A DNA stretch of 64,000 nucleotides from the NCBI RefSeq assembly GCF_031426985.1, contig NZ_JASJOY010000022.1, positions 10,871 through 74,870 of the forward strand. The letters run 5' to 3'. Both the position numbers and the translations under genes were made by a program. The notes under the pieces were generated by a model. The model did not search any database, was not told the origin of the DNA, and saw nothing but the letters and a program-made list of their open reading frames with translations. The DNA comes from Hydrogenophaga sp. (lineage in GTDB: Bacteria > Pseudomonadota > Gammaproteobacteria > Burkholderiales > Burkholderiaceae_C). Shown one piece after another: positions 46,142-53,997 of the stretch (position 1 is its first letter; every line of letters starts with the position of its first letter).

Positions 46142-46939
46142 ATGCGCTTCACAGGAACCCGCCGTCAATGGCTGCAGGCCGCGGCCTCACTGGTGGCCGC
46201 TCCCGTGCTGGCTCAGGACGACCAGACCGGCGGCGATCCGCTGGGCTCCATGCAGTACCCCGGCCTGCGCGAGCAGACCATCGGCCAGGCCAGCGCCCGG
46301 TTCACCGAGCAGGTGCTGGTCAAGGGCCCGGCCTTTGCCGACGACGCGATGAACGTGCCCCTGCTGGTGGATGCCCGCGGACTGGATGCTGTGGGTGGGG
46401 GCGTGCAGCGCATCCGTGTTTCGGTGGACCGCAACCCGGTGCGCCAGGTGCTGGACTTTGAACCGCTGCGCGCGCTGCCCATGCTGGCCTTTCGCATCCG
46501 CATGGAACAGGCCTCGCCGGTGCGCGCCTTTGTGCAGACGCGCGACGGCCAGTGGCACGTGGGCAGCACCTGGGTGCAGGCGGCGGGGGGCGGCTGCACG
46601 GTGCCGGGTCTCACGCGGGCCGATGGCTCGTGGAGCAGGACCCTGGGCCAGGTGCAGGCGCGCTTTTTCAACAACGTGATCGATGGCAGCCGCCGCCTGC
46701 GCCTGCGGGTGATGCACCCCATGGACACCGGGCTGGTGGCGGGCGTGCCGGCGTTCTACATCGAACAGATGGAACTGCAGGACCCGGACGGCCGGCCCTG
46801 GTGGCGCATCGCGCTGCACGAGCCGGTGTCCGAGAACCCGCTCATCACCTTCGAGCTGCCCACGCTCTCGCCCAAGGCGTTTCGCCTGGTCGGGCGCGAC
46901 AACAACGGCAACCGCATCGACGCCGAGGTGTCCGTATGA
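46142..46939 (+). CDS. quinoprotein dehydrogenase-associated SoxYZ-like carrier (fused)
   Basis: Tat signal RRQWL; SoxY-like domain ending AAGGGCT; SoxZ-like LR.MHPMDTGL and SENP motifs. Confidence 0.85.
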   Translation: MRFTGTRRQWLQAAASLVAAPVLAQDDQTGGDPLGSMQYPGLREQTIGQASARFTEQVLVKGPAFADDAMNVPLLVDARGLDAVGGGVQRIRVSVDRNPVRQVLDFEPLRALPMLAFRIRMEQASPVRAFVQTRDGQWHVGSTWVQAAGGGCTVPGLTRADGSWSRTLGQVQARFFNNVIDGSRRLRLRVMHPMDTGLVAGVPAFYIEQMELQDPDGRPWWRIALHEPVSENPLITFELPTLSPKAFRLVGRDNNGNRIDAEVSV

Positions 46940-48096
46940 GCCCCCTTGCGATCCATCGCCTACGGCGCCGTTTCGCGGCTCCACCGCTGCGCGGGTCGCT
47001 GCCCCTGGAACGGGAAGGGACCCGGTCCTTGCCGGGTCCGGGGGCTGATCCGGCTTGGGGCGGCCCGGCGCCGGATCGGAGGGCGGTGCGGGTGAGGCGC
47101 CTGTCGTGGATGCTGCTGGCGCTGTGCGCCAGCGCATCACAGGCCCAGCCGGTGCCGGTGCCGCCGTTGGCTTCGAAGCCCGACCTGGCGCGGCTGGACT
47201 ACGACCTGAAACCGCGCCAGATCGCGCCCGGCACCTGGGTGATCGAAGGCGAGGTGGCCGACTTCAGCCGCGCCAACGGCTGCAACATCATCAACACCGG
47301 CTTCATCGTCACCGGCGACGGGGTGGTGGTCATCAACACCGGCCCCTCGCGCCTGTACGGCGAGCAGCAGCGCCGGGCCATCGAGCGCGTCACGCGCGAG
47401 CCGGTGCGCCGCGTGATCGCGCTCAACCTGCACCCCGACTATTTCTTTGGCCACCAGGCCTGGGCCGACCGGCCCACGCAGGCCCTGGCCGGCAGTGTGG
47501 CCGGCATGCAGGCCGAAGGCAGCGCCTATGCCGACAACCTCTACCGCCTGTGCGGCGACTGGATGAAAGGCACCGAGTCCACGCCCGCGCGCGAGAGCCT
47601 GGACCCCAAGGCCCTGCCGCAGACGCTGCAGGTGGGTGGCCACCGGCTGGAGCTGCGCCGCCTGCACGGCCACACGGCCGACGACCTGGTGCTGATCGAC
47701 CACACCACGGGTGTGCTGTTCGCCGGTGGGCTGGTGTTCGCCGAGCGCGTGCCCACCACGCCCCACGCCCAGTTCGCGCCGTGGACGGCCAGCCTGGACA
47801 CGCTGGCGCAGTGGCACGCGGCGGGGCAGTTCCGCACCGTGGTGCCCAGCCACGGCCCGGTGCACGACGGCACGGCCGGCATCGGCCAGACGCGCGACTG
47901 GCTGCAGTGGCTGGGCGCGCAGATGCAAGGCAGCGCCGAACGCGGCCTGGACCTGGGCGAGGTGCTGCGCCTGCCGGTGCCCGAGCGTTTTGCCCGCTGG
48001 GCCGCGCAGCCGGCCGAGCTGCACCGCAGCCTGACGCAGTGGTACCCGCGCTACGAGCAGCAGGTGCTGGGCGGCACCACGCCCGCGCCGCGCTGA
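46936..48096 (+). CDS. quinoprotein relay system metallo-hydrolase, SoxH-related, type 1
   Basis: NGCNIINTGF, NLHPDYFFG, GHT..DL and VPSHG motifs; alternative GTG start near 47087. Confidence 0.82.
   Translation: MSPLAIHRLRRRFAAPPLRGSLPLEREGTRSLPGPGADPAWGGPAPDRRAVRVRRLSWMLLALCASASQAQPVPVPPLASKPDLARLDYDLKPRQIAPGTWVIEGEVADFSRANGCNIINTGFIVTGDGVVVINTGPSRLYGEQQRRAIERVTREPVRRVIALNLHPDYFFGHQAWADRPTQALAGSVAGMQAEGSAYADNLYRLCGDWMKGTESTPARESLDPKALPQTLQVGGHRLELRRLHGHTADDLVLIDHTTGVLFAGGLVFAERVPTTPHAQFAPWTASLDTLAQWHAAGQFRTVVPSHGPVHDGTAGIGQTRDWLQWLGAQMQGSAERGLDLGEVLRLPVPERFARWAAQPAELHRSLTQWYPRYEQQVLGGTTPAPR
46941..47080. repeat. REP-like repeat, subfamily B, inverted relative to 3621-3742
   Basis: CCACCGCTGCGCGGGTCGCTGCCCC and GGGGCTGATCCGGCTTGGGGCGGCCCGGCGCCGGATCG are reverse complements of the 3.6-kb units. 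Confidence 0.85.
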
Positions 48097-48275
48097 GCGC
48101 GTCGCACTGCGCCCCGCTGTTGCACCGCGGGTTGCGACATTTCTGAACACTGTCACAGCGGTGACGCAACGGACCGGGCGGCCGGGACACACCGCGCCCG
48201 CTCGACGGGCAAAAAAAGGGTGGTGCGGGCGCTCCAGAGCCCCGGATCGGCCCGTGAAAACCCTAGGTGTGTCAC

Positions 48276-48290
48276 TGGCACAGAAGTTGC
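48276..48290 (+). promoter_or_regulatory. sigma54 promoter of the PQQ alcohol dehydrogenase gene
   Basis: TGGCACAGAAGTTGC. Confidence 0.8.
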
Positions 48291-48404
48291 CATTTATCAA
48301 AGCGTGCCAGTCACCGGCTGGAGGGAAACCCACAGCGAGCAGCCGGGCGGCACGAGAGCCAAGCCACAGACACATCAACCTCACGCACGAGCAGGAGACA
48401 CACA

Positions 48405-50126
48405 GTGAAACGCACTCTATTGAGCCTTTTGGTCATGGCCGCCACGGCCCACGTTGGCGCCCAGGGCGTGACCGACGCGATGATCGCCAACGACGCCGCC
48501 ACGCCCGACAACGTCCTGAGCTGGGGCCTGGGCACGCAAGGCCAGCGCCATTCGACGCTGACCGGCATCAACGAAAAAACCATCAGCAAGCTGGTGCCCG
48601 TGTGGTCCATGTCCTTCGGTGGTGAAAAGCAGCGCGGCCAGCAAAGCCAGCCGCTGGTGAACAACGGCAAGATGTTCGTCACCGCGTCCTACTCGCGCAT
48701 CTACGCGGTGGACACCAAGACCGGCAAGAAGCTCTGGAAGTACGAGCACCGCCTGCCCGAAGGCATCATGCCCTGCTGCGACGTGATCAACCGCGGCGCC
48801 GCCCTGTACGACAACCTGGTCATCTTCGGCACGCTGGACGCCCAGCTGGTCGCCCTGGACCAGAACACCGGCAAGGTGGTCTGGCGCGAGAAGATCGACG
48901 ACTACTCTGCGGGCTACAGCTACACCGCCGCCCCCCTGATCGCCGAAGGCCTGCTGCTGACCGGTGTGTCCGGTGGTGAGTTCGGTGTGGTCGGTCGCGT
49001 GGAAGCGCGCGACCCCAAGACCGGCAAGATGGTCTGGTCCCGCCCCGTGGTCGAAGGCCACATGGGCTACAAGGACGGCAAGGAAAACGGCATCACCGGC
49101 ACCACCAACGCCACCTGGCCGGGCGAGACCTGGAAGACCGGCGGCGCCGCCACCTGGCTGGGCGGCACCTACGACGCCAAGACCGGCCTGGCCTACTTCG
49201 GCACCGGCAACCCGGGCCCGTGGAACAGCCACGTGCGCAAGGGCGACAACCTCTATTCCGCCTCGACCGTCGCCATCGACGTGAAGACCGGCCAGATCAA
49301 GTGGCACTACCAGACCACGCCCAACGACGGCTGGGACTACGACGGCGTGAACGAGTTCATCACCTTCGACATGGACGGCAAGCGCGTCGGCGCCAAGGCC
49401 GACCGCAACGGCTTCTTCTACGTGATGGACGCCGAAAACGGCAAGCTGCTCAACGCATTCCCCTTCGTCAAGAAGGTGACCTGGGCCACCGGCATCGACC
49501 TCAAGACCGGCCGCCCGAACTACGACCCGGCCAACCGCCCGGGCGACCCGACCGCCGCCGGTGGCGACGGTGCCAAGGGCAAGTCCGTGTTCTCGGCCCC
49601 GGGCTTCCTGGGTGGCAAGAACCAGATGCCCATGGCCTACAGCCCCAAGACCGGTCTGTTCTACGTGCCCACCAACGAATGGGGCATGGAGATCTGGAAC
49701 GAGCCCATCACCTACAAGAAGGGCGCGGCCTACCTGGGCGCCGGCTTCACCATCAAGCCGCTGTTCGACGACCACATCGGCTCGCTGCGCGCGATCGATC
49801 CCAAGACCGGCAAGGTGGCCTGGGAAGTCAAGAACGAGGCCCCGCTCTGGGGTGGCGTGCTGACCGCGGGTGACCTGGTGTTCTGGGGCACGCCCGAGGG
49901 CTATCTGAAGGCTGCCGACGCCAAGACCGGCAAGGTGGTGTGGCAGTTCCAGACCGGCTCCGGCGTGGTCGCGCCTCCCATCACCTGGACCGAAGGCGGC
50001 GAGCAGTACGTCTCCGTCGTGTCCGGCTGGGGCGGTGCGGTTCCCCTGTGGGGCGGTGAAGTGGCCAAGAAGGTCAACTTCCTGGAACAGGGCGGCTCGG
50101 TCTGGACCTTCAAGCTCATGAAGTGA
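48405..50126 (+). CDS. pedH: PQQ-dependent alcohol dehydrogenase, lanthanide-type (PedH/ExaF-like)
   Basis: Vicinal PCCD disulfide, GGEFG, GNPGPW and WDYDGVNE (extra Asp); GTG 48405 follows AGGAG. Confidence 0.9.
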   Translation: MKRTLLSLLVMAATAHVGAQGVTDAMIANDAATPDNVLSWGLGTQGQRHSTLTGINEKTISKLVPVWSMSFGGEKQRGQQSQPLVNNGKMFVTASYSRIYAVDTKTGKKLWKYEHRLPEGIMPCCDVINRGAALYDNLVIFGTLDAQLVALDQNTGKVVWREKIDDYSAGYSYTAAPLIAEGLLLTGVSGGEFGVVGRVEARDPKTGKMVWSRPVVEGHMGYKDGKENGITGTTNATWPGETWKTGGAATWLGGTYDAKTGLAYFGTGNPGPWNSHVRKGDNLYSASTVAIDVKTGQIKWHYQTTPNDGWDYDGVNEFITFDMDGKRVGAKADRNGFFYVMDAENGKLLNAFPFVKKVTWATGIDLKTGRPNYDPANRPGDPTAAGGDGAKGKSVFSAPGFLGGKNQMPMAYSPKTGLFYVPTNEWGMEIWNEPITYKKGAAYLGAGFTIKPLFDDHIGSLRAIDPKTGKVAWEVKNEAPLWGGVLTAGDLVFWGTPEGYLKAADAKTGKVVWQFQTGSGVVAPPITWTEGGEQYVSVVSGWGGAVPLWGGEVAKKVNFLEQGGSVWTFKLMK

Positions 50127-50270
50127 TTTTTCAGCGGCGGCAGGGAACGGCCTGATCGGGCTGGGGGCCCTGCCATGTACGGGGCGGTGTCGGCCGCGGC
50201 ACGCAGTGCACACGGTTGACACCGCCTTCTTTTTTGCCTGTTGTTTCTTTCTCTTTCCGGCAGATCTGTC

Positions 50271-50591
50271 ATGCGCTCACTTTTCATCATCGCTTCCGTG
50301 CTGGCTGCGGCCAGCTCTTCCGCCCACGCGCTGGATGCCGCCGCCGCCCTGGAGCTGGCCAAGGCCAACGGCTGCCTGTCCTGCCACGCCAGCCACGAAA
50401 AAATCGTGGGTCCGGCCTACGCCGCGGTCGCGGCCAAGTACAAGGACGACAAGGACGCCGTGGCCTCGCTGGCCCAGTCCATCCAGAACGGCAGCAAAGG
50501 CAAATGGGGCCGCATCCCCATGCCCGCCCATTCCAGCATGAGCGCGGCCGACGTCAAGACCCTGGCCCAATGGGTGATGACCATCCAGTGA
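50271..50591 (+). CDS. class I cytochrome c (c551/c552-like)
   Basis: Signal peptide, CLSCH heme motif, VGP and WG.IPMP axial Met. Confidence 0.92.
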   Translation: MRSLFIIASVLAAASSSAHALDAAAALELAKANGCLSCHASHEKIVGPAYAAVAAKYKDDKDAVASLAQSIQNGSKGKWGRIPMPAHSSMSAADVKTLAQWVMTIQ

Positions 50592-51175
50592 AGCGCCCCG
50601 GGCCGCGCACGCGCGCGGTCTTTCAGGCGTTGTTCGCGGGGGCCGTGTGGCTGGCACCCGCGGGTTCCCAGGCGTTTGATTTCCAGGGCGACAAGGCCCT
50701 GGTCGCCGTCACGCGGGACCAGGCCCGCACCCGCATCGGCACCGTGAGCTTCACGCCCCTGCCCGACAGCGGCGGCACGGCCCGGTTCAGTGTGCGCATC
50801 GACCCGCTGGTGCTGCGCGACCACTTCCTTTCCATGCGCGAATTCAAGTGCCTGCCGGCCGCGCAGGAAATCACCTGTTTCGTGCCCTATCCGTACCGCC
50901 AGCCGGGCACCGCGTCCGCCACCGACCTCGCCTGGCTCGAACACAGCCTGCTGTTTTTCTACAAGCAGCCGGCCGACTTCGGCGCCAAGTTGTGGAACGG
51001 CGTGCTGTTCCGCTTCGCCGTGACGCCCACCGCGTTGGTCGGCACCCCGCAGGCGGTGGACCTCAACCGCATCGGCGTGCCGCCCGATCCGCTGGACGTG
51101 CCGCCCTATGGGCCGATGGACCGCGACGCGTTTGCGCCCGGGGCGCGCTGGGTGCAGGAACTGCGGATCGAGTGA
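50588..51175 (+). CDS. exported hypothetical protein
   Basis: GTGA overlap with the cytochrome stop; signal peptide; HFLSMREFKC...C segment; GC3-biased codons. Confidence 0.7.
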   Translation: MKRPGPRTRAVFQALFAGAVWLAPAGSQAFDFQGDKALVAVTRDQARTRIGTVSFTPLPDSGGTARFSVRIDPLVLRDHFLSMREFKCLPAAQEITCFVPYPYRQPGTASATDLAWLEHSLLFFYKQPADFGAKLWNGVLFRFAVTPTALVGTPQAVDLNRIGVPPDPLDVPPYGPMDRDAFAPGARWVQELRIE

Positions 51176-51298
51176 AACCGCGCGGGCGGGCCGCGTGTCC
51201 ACCCGCCCGCTGCATCTGCTCACATTTGGCTACCCCCGCACGCCGGCCGATTCGGTAGCATGGCGTCCCGGTCTTTTTAAGCCCATCTGGAGTTTTTA

Positions 51299-51805
51299 AT
51301 GAAACTGTTGCCTGTTCCGATGATGTCTTTTCGCCCACTGGTGCTGGCGCTCGCTGGCCTGTCCGCCGCGGTGGCGCTGGCGGCCGATCTTGTGGAAACG
51401 CCGACCGTAGAAACGCCGACGGTAGAGGCGCCGACGGTGGAAGCGACAGTGAGCCCTTCTGCCCGCCAGCAAAGCTTTGCCCTGCAGATCGCCCGGGCCA
51501 ATCTGGTCCAGCAAGGCGTGACCGAACCGACCACCGAACAGATGGCCTTGGCAACGGCCGATGTCCAGTCCCTGCGTGACCAGGGCATGGGCTGGGGTGC
51601 CATCGCCAACAGCCTGGGCTTGCGCCTGGGCGCGGTGGTCAGTGCCGAGAACCGTGCCGCGAAGGCGCAGACCCATGTGGCTGCAGCCGCTTCGTCCGAC
51701 CAGACATCGGCCCGCGGCCAGGGCGCTGGCAGCAGCAACGGCAAGGGTGGTGGCGGCGGCAAGGGTGGCGGCAACGGCGGTGGTGGCGGCGGCGGCAAGC
51801 GCTGA
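51299..51805 (+). CDS. exported low-complexity protein with VE(T/A)PT repeats and a Gly-rich tail
   Basis: GGAG ribosome-binding site, signal peptide, LRDQGMGWGAIA..LG motif. Confidence 0.7.
   Translation: MKLLPVPMMSFRPLVLALAGLSAAVALAADLVETPTVETPTVEAPTVEATVSPSARQQSFALQIARANLVQQGVTEPTTEQMALATADVQSLRDQGMGWGAIANSLGLRLGAVVSAENRAAKAQTHVAAAASSDQTSARGQGAGSSNGKGGGGGKGGGNGGGGGGGKR
51392..51448 (+). repeat. about four tandem 15-bp coding repeats
   Basis: GTGGAAACGCCGACC GTAGAAACGCCGACG GTAGAGGCGCCGACG GTGGAAGCGACA. Confidence 0.85.
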
Positions 51806-51832
51806 GCCACGTCCTCACGGCCCATCCACCTG

Positions 51833-51857
51833 ACGCGCTGCCTTGGCAGCGCGTTTT
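51833..51857. terminator. hairpin terminator between convergent genes
   Basis: ACGCGCTGCC-TT-GGCAGCGCGT followed by TTT. Confidence 0.6.
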
Positions 51858-51873
51858 GCTTGGGGGTTTCGTT

Positions 51874-52674
51874 TCAGGGCCTGCGTTCGGCGCGCAGCGA
51901 GCCTCCGGTCATGAAACCCGGCGGCAGTTTTTCTTCCCGCTCGAACTTCACCAGCCCCTCGCCCTGGCAATACCACTCGCGGCTGGTGAGCGGCACGTCG
52001 GTGAAGCCGTTGACCGGATCGGTGTAGAGGTTCAGCTGGGCCTGCCCCACCACGCGCAGGCAGGGCCGGTGGGTGCTGCCGTCGGCCAGTTGCACCACAT
52101 CGTCCACGGCCTCGATGCGCCAGGTCATCTGCGCCTTGTGGGTGTGTTTGAGCTCGCGCGGGTATTCGTTCTTGCGCTGGATCAGGTAGGGCACGGTGAC
52201 CGTGGTCCATTCGGTGCCCACCGCATAGGGGGCCTTGAGCACCCAGACCGGTTCGGCGTCGGCCGTGGGGGCGTCGTCGATGTCGGTGCGGATGGCCACG
52301 CGGCGAATGCCTTGCTCGTCCACCTTCAGGTAGTAGCTCACGCCGGCCGAGTGGTGGCGCACGGCCACGGGCTGGTCCTGGAAGGTGGTGGGTGCCTGGA
52401 CCCCGATGGTCCATTGCTCGGGCTCGCGCGGTTCGTCCATCGCATAGGTCACGGCAAGCGACTGTTCATCGCCCTCGCGCAGCGGGAACCATTCGTTGCC
52501 CATGTCACGACCCGAGCATCCCGACAGCAGCAAGGTCAGCCCAGCCGCCAGCCAGGCAGGCGCGGCAGACCGGTCGCACCGTGGAACCGGCTTGGCCGGG
52601 CCACAGCTGCGGTCCCCCTCCCGCCGAAGGCGAGAGAGGGGGAGGACGCGAAGCGGCGCAGGGGGCGTCATCAT
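51874..52674 (-). CDS. hypothetical lipoprotein, beta-rich
   Basis: Lipobox LLLSGC; WFPL..G and EWY..G.GLVK motifs; N-terminal about 31 residues encoded by a repeat. Confidence 0.72.
   Translation of the reverse strand: MMTPPAPLRVLPLSRLRREGDRSCGPAKPVPRCDRSAAPAWLAAGLTLLLSGCSGRDMGNEWFPLREGDEQSLAVTYAMDEPREPEQWTIGVQAPTTFQDQPVAVRHHSAGVSYYLKVDEQGIRRVAIRTDIDDAPTADAEPVWVLKAPYAVGTEWTTVTVPYLIQRKNEYPRELKHTHKAQMTWRIEAVDDVVQLADGSTHRPCLRVVGQAQLNLYTDPVNGFTDVPLTSREWYCQGEGLVKFEREEKLPPGFMTGGSLRAERRP
52581..52665. repeat. REP-like repeat, subfamily A, inside the 5' end of the lipoprotein gene
   Basis: GTGGAACCGGCTTGGCCGGGCCAC...GAGAGGGGGAGGACGCGAAGCGGCGCAGGGGG. Confidence 0.9.
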
Positions 52675-53195
52675 TTTTCGGGGAGTTGTGCGCGGGGCAG
52701 ATCGCGCAACTTGATCTCGACCTTGTCGTTGCTGGCGGGCAGCAGCCAGGCCAGGCCGCCCTGGCCGCGGCGGGGGGCCGTTTCACCGAGCTGGGTGTTG
52801 CCGTCGCGTGCTTTCTTGACGCCGTCGCCCAGGATGCGGTGCAGGTCTTTTTCGTAGGGCAGCGTGAACGCGCGGGGCAAGGCCAGCGGTGCGTTGTCCT
52901 TCATGGGGTGGACCCAGAGGAAGATTGCGCCGGGGTGGCCGCGCCCGGGGCTGGGCTCGTCGAACACGGCCGAGAGCAGCACGAACTGGCGCGGCAGCTC
53001 GTCCTCGGCCGGCCAGCCCGAGACGCCTTTGAAGGTCTGGTGGCCGAAGGCGTAGAAACCGCTGACCAGCAGCACCAGCGCGGCTTTGAAGCCCCAGTGC
53101 CAGCGCGTGCCCAGGCAGAGCACCAGCAGCAGAAACGCCAGCAGCGCGTAGACGATGACGAGCAGCAAGAGCTGGGAGGAAACGGCAGGGATCAT
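52671..53195 (-). CDS. hypothetical membrane protein with two N-terminal TM helices
   Basis: Hydrophobic N-terminus; GWP...LP, GAIFLW and PRAFTLPY segments; GC3-biased codons. Confidence 0.75.
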   Translation of the reverse strand: MIPAVSSQLLLLVIVYALLAFLLLVLCLGTRWHWGFKAALVLLVSGFYAFGHQTFKGVSGWPAEDELPRQFVLLSAVFDEPSPGRGHPGAIFLWVHPMKDNAPLALPRAFTLPYEKDLHRILGDGVKKARDGNTQLGETAPRRGQGGLAWLLPASNDKVEIKLRDLPRAQLPEK

Positions 53196-53206
53196 GGGGG
53201 ATGGTC

Positions 53207-53381
53207 GCAGGCGAGAGAGGGGGAAGACGCGGAGCGGTGCAGGGGGTGCAGCTCCAGGGGCCTTACCGGAGCGCGTGACCGCATGCCAGGCGCTCCGTGG
53301 AACCGGCTTTGCCGGGCCACAGGAGCGGTCCCCCTCCCGCCGCAGGCGAGAGAGGGGGAAGACGCGAAGCGGCGCAGGGGG
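53207..53381. repeat. REP-like repeat, subfamily A, doublet
   Basis: GCAGGCGAGAGAGGGGGAAGACGCG.AGCGG.GCAGGGGG twice in direct orientation, 135 nt apart, with the core at 53297-53320. Confidence 0.9.
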
Positions 53382-53385
53382 TGTT

Positions 53386-53997
53386 TCATAGTCCCGTGCG
53401 CTGCACGATGGTCTTGGGGTTGGTGTTCAGGTCCAGCACCTGGCCGGCGTCGTCCAGCGTGAAGCGGATCAGCGTGCGCTCGTCGCCCTTGCGCGGGATC
53501 TGCTGCGTGCCGGTGTAGACGATCTCGGCCTGCGGGTTGATCTTGACCACGGCGACGCTCACGTCCACCGGCTGCTGGTCGCCGCTGTCGTAGTAGTGGG
53601 CATTGACCACGTATTCACCGGGCACGATGCCGCGCAGGGTGACGATCTCCTGGCGGATCGGGCTGCTGAAGGTGCGGCCGTTGACCAGCACGCTGCTGTT
53701 CTTGGCGCCGCGGTCGTCGCGGTCCAGGTGCAGCAGGCCGGCGTCGCGCTGGCGGAACCACAGCGTCTTGCCGCCGGGCTCCTGGACCCAGGCGTCCACG
53801 TCGTTGGGGTTGCCGTCGGGCCACGAGACGGTGACCATGAACTCGGCCTTGGCCGGCACGTCGCCCGCCTTGCGGGCGTTGGGGTTGAAGGCCAGGATGG
53901 CGATGACGAAACAGAAGACGAAGGCGATCAACATGTTGAACAACATGTCGTAGAACGGGTCGACTTCGGTGTCACGGACCGCTCGGCCGATCGCCAT
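53386..53997 (-). CDS. ExbD/MotB-like single-TM protein with a YfaP/DUF2135-like periplasmic domain
   Basis: PFYDMLF (TM Asp) then DVDAWV..P, LD.DD.G, E.V.L....PG.Y.V.AHYY; start moved to ATG 53997. Confidence 0.7.
   Translation of the reverse strand: MAIGRAVRDTEVDPFYDMLFNMLIAFVFCFVIAILAFNPNARKAGDVPAKAEFMVTVSWPDGNPNDVDAWVQEPGGKTLWFRQRDAGLLHLDRDDRGAKNSSVLVNGRTFSSPIRQEIVTLRGIVPGEYVVNAHYYDSGDQQPVDVSVAVVKINPQAEIVYTGTQQIPRKGDERTLIRFTLDDAGQVLDLNTNPKTIVQRTGL

Noticed and set aside
46142-48096. True Sox thiosulfate-oxidation system
   Set aside because: There is no soxAX, soxB or soxCD, and the carrier lacks the C-terminal GGCGG arm. It is the fused quinoprotein-associated type.
48405-50126. Ca-dependent ExaA/PedE or XoxF methanol dehydrogenase
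   Set aside because: D-Y-D excludes the Ca type. The PCCDVINRG and KGAAYLG motifs and the ALDH/c550 context fit the ethanol-dehydrogenase clade better than XoxF, although a tree would be needed to confirm.
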